Shown here one piece after another: positions 52,525 to 64,000 of a DNA stretch of 64,000 nucleotides. Below the pieces are notes generated by a model. That model saw only the letters and a program-made list of their open reading frames with translations. It had not been told where the DNA came from and did no database searches. The first letter of the stretch is position 1; the number at the start of each line of letters is the position of its first letter. This DNA comes from Octopus sinensis (Eukaryota). The stretch covers positions 10,292,001 to 10,356,000 of the forward strand of contig NC_042999.1 in the NCBI RefSeq assembly GCF_006345805.1, given 5' to 3'. The translations under genes were made by a program, and so were the position numbers.

Positions 52525-52765
52525 TGTTTCCTCTCAGATATTTGCACATCTTTCGCTGACGAAGATCAGGAAGGCTGTTGTCCACTTCGTCAGCACGCTC
52601 GTTCGTGGCTGATAAGGCCGATGTGGAACCAACATATCCGATTGCAACGATGACAGACGTATGATTGTCCAGGGTCTGATGATGAAGCTGCATTATTCTT
52701 TCGTCTCTGGCATTTGTCTTCAAGAGAGGCACCACGAGAGATCTCAAAGGAGGAAACAGCATTGC
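52525..52765 (-). mobile_element. RTE-BovB-like LINE extreme 3' end
   Basis: SSFEISRGASLEDKCQRRK...YVCHRCNRICWFHIGLISHERAC* followed by a tcttcgtcagcgaaag tail. Confidence 0.8.
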
Positions 52766-52829
52766 ACTATAATGTTTATACATATATGCATGCAGACACC
52801 CAGTTATACACACACACACCTCAATATGT

Positions 52830-53450
52830 GTGCCTTTATTCTCATGTCTGTGCTTACTCCGGTCTTTTCCCGACCCAACGCACGTCGGATGTCCAATCAT
52901 GCTCTCTGCGCCTTTGCTATCAGACGCAACTTATCTCTATAAGACTCCAGGATGGTCACATATATATATAGAAAGTTCTCCGGTCTCAATGTGCCAGCAC
53001 GTCCCTCACACTTCGTTGTCCTTGATTACCCACTTTAACTGCACACGATACAACGCCAAACTTACTTGGCTTCCTCACTTCCTTAAAGACACCACCGACT
53101 GCACACTTCTGCCAGAAATTGTTTCAGTTTAATGATGGATTGAGAATGCACTCTCTCGCCTCGGCTCCTTTCAATGAAATGTCCGCAGCTGCACCATTCT
53201 CTTGCATATGCATTCTCAGTTCATTACTGAATCGCGAACGCTCTTTAAACGCTGCGCCGGAGCCAAAACCAATCTGCTCATTATGCAAGCAAAACGACAT
53301 CGAGCTATTCGGACCCTCTTGATTCCTGTCTTGTATACACCATCTCTGATTCGCTTCCCTGATATTTAGGATTTTTCTTGTCCTGGAATCGCATTCACAT
53401 GTAACTTCACACTTGTCAATCATATCTTTGAACGTTCTTCAATTTTCATC
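52830..53450 (-). mobile_element. Possible heavily decayed Tx1/L1-like ORF2 C-terminus
   Basis: Frameshifted VKWVI.TTKCEG resembles the Tx1 AK..IW.TR motif. Weak evidence. Confidence 0.25.
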
Positions 53451-53716
53451 GAACGCATCCCTGTATTTTTTTCCTAGAATTTGATCGTTTGTCTTCAAGT
53501 TATCTGGAAGGAAAATGTTGTAATGAACAGCAACAGAATACCTAAGCTAAGATTCGAAAATACATTTTCATATTTGTTACATTCAGTGGCTTTTATGAAA
53601 TATTACCGGTGTATGTCCATTATAACAGATATGAAGTATTCAAAGAATCAGGAAACAAAAATTAAAATAGTTTCTTCTCAAATTCTGTGCATAGTTAAGA
53701 ACGACTATATATACAA

Positions 53717-53747
<31 letters not shown>

Positions 53748-54017
53748 TGAAATACAAAATGGGACAAGAACGGAAAACATCCGGACAACTAAGTGATACA
53801 AAAAGGGACAACAAAACATCCAGATAGATGATACAAGAAAACAAGGAGGGGGTCATTCGAAGTTTTCTTTCTTCAGTCAAGAACCAGATAATCCTCGCAA
53901 TTTCGGCTGATTATTCTTGAGATTGCTCCAATCTGGCCAGCCCCAAGGAAAAAACTAAGCTAAGAGCATTAGATTCCTTGGAAAAAATCAGCGAATGTAT
54001 ACAAAAACAAGAGAGAG

Positions 54018-54224
54018 ACGCAGGAGTGGCTGTGTGGTAAGAAGCTTGCTTCCCAACCACCATGGCTCCAGGTTCAGTCCCACTGCATGGCACCTTGGTC
54101 AAGTGTCTTCTACTATAGCCTCGGGCCTTGTGAGTGGATTTGGTAGACGGAACTGAAAGACGCCTCTCGTATATATATGTATGTATGTATATATTAATAA
54201 TATATATATATATATTATATATAT

Positions 54225-54272
<48 letters not shown>

Positions 54273-54445
54273 TACATGTATACATGTATTCTGTGTTTAC
54301 GTCCCCGTCATTTAGCGGTTCGGCAAAAAGTGTCCGATAGAATAAGTACTAGGCTTACAAAGAATAAGTCCTGCAGTCGATTTATTCGACTAAAGGTGGT
54401 GCTCCAGCATGGCTGCAGTAAAATGAGTGAAACAAGTAAAAAGAA
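54018..54445 (+). mobile_element. SINE family B, full length
   Basis: gcaggagtggctgtgtggtaagaagcttgc...gttcagtccc (B-box-like)...(TA)n...gaaacaagtaaaaag. Confidence 0.92.
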
Positions 54446-54457
54446 ATATATATATAT

Positions 54458-54805
54458 AAAGGGTAAAGACCCCCTTCGGTCATGAGTGACCATGGGTTTG
54501 CACCTAGAGAGTTACCCTCTGAGGCACAAGTCTGGGCAAGGTTGGTTTTTTTTTATGGAAGACCAGTAGTCGCCCATGCATACCGGCCTCCCCTCTCCAC
54601 ACCACCAGTGTTATCCAAGGGAAAGACAAAGGTCGATACAGCTTGGCACCAGTGACGTCGCAACTCATTTCTACAGCTGAATGAACTGGAGCAACGTGAA
54701 ATAAAGTGTCTTGCTCAAGAACACAACACGCAGCCCGGTCCGGGATTCGAGCTCACAACCTCACGATCGTAAGCTCGACGCTCTACCACTGAGCCATGCG
54801 CCTTC

Positions 54806-54806
<1 letters not shown>
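54458..54806 (-). mobile_element. SINE family D (tRNA head, CORE-like central domain)
   Basis: Minus strand tgaaggcgcatggctcagtggtagagcgtcgagcttacgatcgtgaggttgtgagctcgaatccc, then gtgttcttgagcaagacactttatttcacgttgctccagttcattcagctgtagaaatgagt. Confidence 0.85.
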
Positions 54807-55335
<529 letters not shown>

Positions 55336-55949
55336 CATATATAAGTGTGTGTGTGTGTATGTATGTATGCATGTATTTTTGCTTGCGTGTATGTATACGT
55401 GTGTGTGTGCATGTCTGTGAGTGGAAAGAGAAGAGGGTGAAGCATAGAATTGCTGGGTAATCGGAGAGGGTTGTCGTTGCAAGTCTTATGCAATAATCCC
55501 AACAAGTCGGCCGTTCGATAGAATGATGTAATCCAAGAAAACCCCAGTAATACCCGGATGTTTGGTGCATTTGTTTCTTCTGAAGAATATGGTGACGGCA
55601 CCAAATGATTGACATTTCAACTTCTCTTTAAACATGGATCGATGAACAGAAGAGGCCATGTCGGATTATCGATTGGGTTATTACTGCTTTTTTTTTTGCT
55701 TTTTTGTTCAAGTCTATCTCTGCTGTGACATGGCTGCCAAAGAGAGCTTTTTTAGAATTCCATGTGTGAACGTAATTTATCGGTCGGTTTGCGTTTGTAT
55801 AAATTTACATCAGACTAGAATCATTTATATGTCTGACAAGATTACAAGAAGCACACACCAACACATGCACGCACACACATATGTATATATGTATGTATAT
55901 ATATATACATATATATAAACTCCATAAGAGTTTAGATATATAAACTCTA

Positions 55950-56115
55950 TAGGCGCAGGAGTGGCTGTGTGGTATGTAGCTTGCTAACCAACCACATGGT
56001 TCCGGGTTCAGTCCCACTGCGTGGCATCTTGGGCAAGTGTCTTCTGCTATAGCTCCGGCCGACCAATGCCTTGTGAGTGGATTTGGTATACGGAAACTGA
56101 AAGAAGCCTGTCGTA

Positions 56116-56190
<75 letters not shown>

Positions 56191-56390
56191 TTGTGTGTCT
56201 GTGTTTGTCCCCCTAGCATTGCTTGACAACCGATGCTGGTGTGCTTACGTCCCCGTCACTTAGCGGCTCGGCAAAAGAGACCGATAGAATAAGTACTGGG
56301 CTTATAAAGAATAAGTTCCGGGGTCGATTTGTTCGACTAAAGGCGGTGCTCCAGCATGGCCGCAGTCAAATGACTGAAACAAGTAAAAGA
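55950..56390 (+). mobile_element. SINE family B, full length
   Basis: taggcgcaggagtggctgtgtggt...gggttcagtccc...(TA)n(TG)n...atgactgaaacaagtaaaaga. Confidence 0.95.
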
Positions 56391-56913
56391 GATGAAAGTA
56401 GAAACTATACTGAGAGGTAATTTTTGTCGCCATTGTAGCATGGCTGTCCCGTACGAACCGACGTTGCTACCATTTTTTAACCCCAACACGATGCCTCCTG
56501 TAGCTCATTATCGATGCAATCTGCACCCAATATATATTGCAAGTAGGGGGGCAAACCCCAACATTCCCATAGCGATTTAACAGAACCACCAGAGCAGCCA
56601 GTTTCGGGCAATTTTTTGCCATCCTCAGTGGTGGATACCTATCTGCTAGAGATAGCAGTAGTTTCTTTCCAGTTCGCAATATATAGAAAATTAAGGAACA
56701 ATCAGTCACTGATCTTGCAATAAGCAAAGTAGCAAGATAAAAAATCTCTATAAGAGATTAAATTAGTAACTCTACAGAGAAGTAATGCTTGTCGCCACTT
56801 CAACATGGCTGTTCCGTATGAACCAACGTCACTACCATTTTCTAACCCCAAGGAGACGCCTCCTCTAGCAATCATCTAGCAATCTTCACCCGATGTATAT
56901 TACAAGGAAAAGC

Positions 56914-56998
56914 TTGACTGTGATTTCGAAGTTTTGGCTTGCTTCCCTTTATCGGTTTGATAAAGGTGAGCAAGCCGAAACTTCGAAGTCACTATCAA
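56914..56998. mobile_element. Inverted pair of Penelope-like terminal/hammerhead remnants (85-nt hairpin)
   Basis: 40-bp arms around ggttt. The right arm ttgataaaggtgagcaagccgaaacttcgaagtc is a degenerate CTGATGA-stem II-GAAAC-TTCGAA-GTC. Confidence 0.55.
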
Positions 56999-57494
56999 AT
57001 TTTTTCTTGTAAAAGATTAATGAATATGTATTCCACTCAGAAGTATTAAGAAACCCTTCACTTTATAGTTAAATTGTTTTTATATATAAAAAGCCAAAAA
57101 CAAAACAAGCTGGAATGTTTATATGTGTAATGGGTGTATGTATGTATGTATATACGTGTGTGTGTGTGTGTGCATTAATTTGAAATTTACTGTAAGTATA
57201 CATACAATTTTGGCTTTACTGTAAAATATATACAAATGTTTCCGTCTCTCCGTAAGCCTATAAACAGTTTCATCCCTCACTAATTTTGTCTCCATTTGGA
57301 GATTCATCGGAGAACAAATACCCTCATATTCCTGCTCATTAACAAACTGATAATGTGTCGCTATTTATATCAAATACAAACCATGACCGAGGTGAAATGG
57401 CCAATCTAGTTTTGCATAACAGCCATCCGTTAAACACAGATAAAGATGACTGTATCTATGTATCTGTTTTAAACATACTTACACACACACACAT

Positions 57495-57557
<63 letters not shown>

Positions 57558-57929
57558 TATATATACATATTATATTATATTCTGGTTTGTGTTTTCTTGT
57601 ATGAAAAAGCTCTTAACAGATTTAAATGTTTAAACTGCAATGTTCATAAGTGCTCAGTTTCACTTCGCACTTCCAACTAGCAACTTATTTTGCTCTCCGC
57701 CGTAGCACCTTCTGAATTAGAAGTATTTCAGATTAAAAAAAAGAATCTCTGTTAACTTTATCGAAAGCGTTACACAACGTAAAGAGAATGGTGTCCATAG
57801 GGTGGTTCGACTGTTTGCTGGTGTATTTTAGCTACCTTCGGTCGTAATGCGTTCAATCTAAGTTTGCAATCAGCGAAGAGAAAACGTAAAAGAATCCTCT
57901 TCGAATATGTTAAGATATGTAATTGTCAA

Positions 57930-58385
57930 CAAAACTCATCCATCTCCTCTGCCCAATATGCCTGGGATGACAGTGGGATTAGAACCTGGGTATCTTGTCC
58001 ATCAAAGTTCTATCACAAGCAGCAGTCATTAAATTTTCCGGATGGATTCCCAAACACGTGACCACCTGACACTATGGATATTATCCGACCGTCCTGTTCT
58101 TGGTCAAACTCCGAGGTTGGCTCGGCTTGAAGATTCTGTTTTGCGATTCTTTCCTGTGACATTCTAATCACATGACCAGAATATCAAAGCTGTGACCTCT
58201 CAATACAGAGAAGTCACATGTCAACCTGGATTGAGACTCCCTGATCTCCGAGCTACGCCCCATATCGAGTAACGTTACTCCGAAGATCCTTCAGAGAAAC
58301 ACCAATATGACTACTAGTATTCGCAGTCGCACCTTTTCCGTCACCATCCAACATTCATGGCCAGAGGTAAGGATAGGCACGAAAA
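57930..58385 (-). mobile_element. RTE-clade LINE 3' fragment, decayed
   Basis: LLCIERSQL*YSGHV...LGIHPENLMTAACDR. Confidence 0.65.
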
Positions 58386-59258
58386 CCAAATTGAAAATAA
58401 CGAGTCTGGCTTTTTCACCAAGCTGTGCTGTGATAGTTTATACGAAGGTTAATTGAATTTCCAGACAGTGGCCCAAAAGGGTCGCAGTCTAATAACTGAA
58501 ACAAGTAATAGATAAAAGCTACATAAGGTAACGATAACACTTAATGTTTTGCCTCAGCATTCATCAAAACTAGGCTTTTAAAAGTTTATTATCAGATGAA
58601 AAATATGTGTAGCTAATTTCCAATTGTAACAGATGGTTCTACTTATACAACGATAACAAGGAACTGGTATCGTAAGTGCTGTGGTCTTTAATAAGTACAT
58701 TAGTATATTGTGCTTGTGTGTATATTGTGTTCGTGAGTGGAGTCTTAAAAGTCGAGTGGATTACTTATAGTGTTATCTTGCGTTCAAATCCACGGCAAAA
58801 GAAAAAAATACATCAAATTTTATTCTGTCGTATTTCAGTTAATCCAGCTGTCGGGAATATCGCCGGTCATGGAATGGCATCTTGTCTGTTTAGCTTTGAT
58901 TCGAAATTCTGTTGGTATTGACCTCGTCTTTCATCTCTTCAGGGTCGATGAAATAAATGGCAAGTAAACAAGGATCGATTCTTTACCAATATTATGTGGT
59001 GAAGGTAGGGGAATGGCATGAATACACGTCATAAAATTTCGTTTTGACTGGGACTTTAAGTTTGGCCTGACCGTTTATTCAACGAATTTCGTTCAATAAG
59101 GGTGAACGAGCTCTATTAGTACTCTAATACGTTCTTAACAGAACACACCTCAACTGACTCTCTCTCTCTCTTCATATATATATATATATAATATATTATA
59201 TATATTATATATATATATATATATATATTATATATTATATACAATATATATATATACA

Positions 59259-59457
59259 CGAGGGATGCAAAAAGTTCCTGGCTGTATGGCATGGCTGGAA
59301 GTCCAACCTTCCGAGTTCTTTTACAGGGCTTAGAAAAACTGAAGAACTGCTGCTATAAGTGTGTGAATTTGAAATATGTTGAATAAAATCATAATTCACA
59401 ACTGATTCTCCTGTATTTTCTTTCGCCCAAAGCCAGGAACTTTTCATCAAACTCTCG
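59259..59457 (+). mobile_element. mariner-derived MITE
   Basis: TIRs cgagggatgcaaaaagttcctggct and agccaggaacttttcatcaaactctcg|ta; residual transposase end KLKNCCYKCVNLKYVE*. Confidence 0.8.
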
Positions 59458-59475
59458 TATACACACAGAAAACAA

Positions 59476-59555
<80 letters not shown>

Positions 59556-59569
59556 ATATATATATATAT

Positions 59570-59618
<49 letters not shown>

Positions 59619-59619
59619 G

Positions 59620-61024
<1,405 letters not shown>

Positions 61025-61031
61025 CACACAC

Positions 61032-61934
61032 ATGTTTGAAGAAGACAGTAACATTGACATGAAGCGAAGCGTCTCTTGGCTTCGTGGCCGCCACATAATA
61101 CTTGGAAGGCGATGCATTTGTAGTCCAAGGACAGAAGAATTGCTACATGGTACCCAAGAATTGCTACATGGCACCCAATCAACAAAAGAGGCAGTGAAGC
61201 CATCGGAGTTCCAAGATGCAACCGAAAATGTAGATTATGTCATATTTCTGTGTAAGACATCACGCTTGTCATTAGCAGCTGCCCAGAAATGACATCAAGG
61301 TACTAAACCCCCCCCCCCTTTGCAAGACGACGCTGTCGCAGAAACAATATACAATGCCATTCGGGAAGAAAACTGTCCTGGAATAAATACAGAAAATACC
61401 CTGGTTTTTGAATACGGACGGAAACATCACTACAAGGAATATGAGTAGAGCATCCCCATCAAAACTTCTGTCTAGTGTAAACATAACAAATCGGTTATTG
61501 TTGTTTGGGACAGACAAGCAAATGTATGTACTGCCATAGAGGTCAGTTGTCCTGGTGGTGTGAATATTTCTTTGAAAATCAAAGAGAAGCAAGATAACTA
61601 CGGACAACTGTTTCGAAACCTCCAGCTTCTATATCCAGATTATAAATTCACATTTGTACCAATAATGTTCGGTGCCCTTGGCTTTGGGAGAAAAGGCCTG
61701 AGTGACAATCTGGATAAGCTCGGATTTTCAGAAAAAGAAATCAAACCAACTGATTCGCACATTACAAATGCAATCTGTAAGCGGCACAGTGAAGTTATGC
61801 AAGACTTTTCTCAAGTTTAAAATATGACATTGTTTTCGTTATCTACATTCCAAAGATGGAGATTTGTATCTTTGCTAGAAACCAGCTCCTTCTTCTGAGG
61901 AAGAATTTGAATAATGAAAACAGAAGAGAAAATT
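61032..61934 (+). mobile_element. R4/Dong-type (RLE) LINE 3' fragment
   Basis: KCRLCHISV*DITLVISSCP knuckle, then IEVSCPGGVNISLKIKEKQDNYGQL...VPIMFGALG (RLE domain); 3'UTR followed by (CATA)n. Confidence 0.88.
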
Positions 61935-62039
61935 CATACATACATACATACATACATACATACATACATACATACATACATACATACATACATACATACA
62001 TACATACATGCATGCATGCATACATACGCACATACACGT

Positions 62040-62695
62040 GATTAGCAGCTGTCCTAAAACGTCGTCACGGTACTGCCTTCCTATGTGGCACGATGTTGTT
62101 GCTAAATCAATTTACAATGCTATTCGCAAAAAAGACTGTCCTGAAATAAACTTAGAGAATCCCTCTGTTATGGAATACATTCACAAACACCAACTCAAGA
62201 AGGAATACCGGTGGAATATTCCCATCAAAGCTTCTGTCAAATATAAACATAACAGGCCAGATATTATTGTTTGAGACAGAGAGAAAGAGGTATATACCAT
62301 CATAGAGGTCAGCTGCCCTGCAGATATAAATATCTCTTTGAAAATCAAAGGAAAAGATGATGTCTATGGACAATTGCTTCGAAACCTCCAGCTTCTATAT
62401 CCAGACTATGAATTCATATTCATACCAATAATAATTGGAGCACTAGGTTTTGTTAGTAAATGCTTAAAGGAGAATCTGGATGAACTGGGATTTTCAGAAA
62501 GAGAAATCGACCTGTTAATTCGTAAATTACAAGTGCAATCTGTGAGTGGAACAGTAAAAATGTGCAAAACTTTTCTCAAGTTCCAAATGGAATCAGTCTG
62601 TGTTAACTACATCACAAAGATGGAGCTTTGTAGCTTTGTTGGAAACCGGCTCCCTCCTCGGTGGATGATTTATGATAATTAAAAGACAGAAGAGG
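62040..62695 (+). mobile_element. R4/Dong-type (RLE) LINE 3' fragment
   Basis: ISSCPK...WHDVVAKSIY...HNRPDIIV*DREK..IIEVSCPAD..K..Y..L...PIIIGALG (PD-(D/E)xK-type RLE). Confidence 0.92.
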
Positions 62696-63326
62696 CATAC
62701 ATACAAAAATGCATACATAGGGGTATAGATTTTTAAAAATGAGTACTCAACATTTTTCGTTGAGTTTATTTTTATCAATAGATTGGCTCAATCGCATTAA
62801 AGTGACTGAGCCATCGATCTCCCACTAGCTGTCATCAATCCCATTCAATAGCACTCAGCAATCACCAGCAGCCGGTACCTATCGACAGCTACAAACTCCA
62901 GCCATAATCTGGACACACATACACACACTCACACATATATTATATAATATATGCAAATACATATATACATACGTGAATATATATATGTATTCAAATATTT
63001 GTATATAAACATACATAAATATGTATATATGATTTGTATATACACATATATATCTATATATATAACCTGTGATAAGACTGTGCATCATCATTAAAGAACT
63101 TCGGAAGTCTGTTTACAACCTGAATCTGCTTTTAATGAAATTATCTCCAATACTTCATGAGTGTAGCCTCACCCACTAAGATGTTTGGAGAACTCATATG
63201 TGTTTTAGCTGATGAGTACGGGACACTTTTATCTGCTGCAATATTTGCAACTTTTAATAAAGCCTGTCTTTGTATGAAACAATTGTACTAAAAACTAATC
63301 CATTCTTGTTGCTTCTTTCTCGTTTA

Positions 63327-63478
63327 TCTATATATATATATATATATATAAAACTGAGAATGTGTGTCTGTCTGTGAATCCCTAAAACTTGAGAACTACA
63401 CAACCAATTTCATTCAAATTTTACACATGCCTTACTTAGGGTCCATGTAGTGTCATGGGCAAAAAAAAATTAACTTTC
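63327..63478 (+). mobile_element. Helitron-like element, 5' fragment
   Basis: A|TCTATATA..AAAACTGAGAATGTGTGTCTGTCTG; matches 38655. Confidence 0.6.
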
Positions 63479-64000
63479 ATCAACAAGCATCAGATACGGC
63501 TCTTGGATTGATACAATGGTGAAGAGAGACACAAAAAAGTAATGCACGGATAAATCTCGGCTACAGGGACAAACAAGTGATAGGAATACAAAAAAATTAT
63601 GATCAAACCCAGTTATTACAGAAAATAAAAGGAAGTCATTATTCTTTTTCGATAAAAATAAAACAAAACAACACACGACATCATTTCAACAAATACAACA
63701 CTGATAAAAAGAAAGTGAATAAATAATTAAGTTAAAGGATGGAGAGAAGAAAAATTGGTGTTCCATTAGAGAACTGAAATGAAAAAGTTAAGAGAGACCA
63801 GAACAGAAACAGGAAGCAGTTGCAAGCTGGGAAGAGAATAGGACAGAGCAGAAAGAGAAGAGACAAGAGAGTAAAGAGAGAATAAAGAAGGGAGAGGGAG
63901 AAAAATAGATTTGGATTGGTTGGAGCAATGAAAGCATTATATCAACAAAAGAAGATTAAAGGAATTTAACACAAATGATGTAAACACGGAACATTCAAGC

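Noticed and set aside
61936-62030. Regular repeat arrays that could be mistaken for CRISPR or telomeric repeats
   Set aside because: Simple (CATA)n with no spacers; no TTAGGG arrays; eukaryotic context.

Overview
This is repeat-saturated, AT-rich animal genomic DNA. The SINE families and the dense (TA)n/(TACA)n/(CA)n microsatellites look like octopod cephalopod (Octopus) sequence; that assignment is recognition, not a database result. The window is almost entirely intronic or intergenic. It holds several tRNA-headed SINE families, LINE relics (Tx1/L1, RTE, R4/Dong-type with restriction-like endonuclease, one unassigned CCHC-tailed LINE), Tc1/mariner relics (DD34D mariner, DD37D maT, DD41D-type), MITEs, Helitron-like ends, a probable solo LTR and Penelope-type hammerhead motifs. 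Only one host coding exon is reasonably supported: an unidentified first exon, MATQVEQ..., on the minus strand at 13313-13448. Most ORF-track entries are translations of microsatellites. One 100-N gap and three near-identical duplications suggest assembly problems. The most interesting signals are: (1) four R4/Dong-type copies that all sit in (CATA)n tracts; (2) a SINE whose 3' tail matches the 3' end of a Tx1 LINE; (3) hammerhead ribozyme cores with unusually long stem II inserts; (4) a 3.2-kb palindrome. No rRNA, intact tRNA, CRISPR or prokaryotic features were seen.
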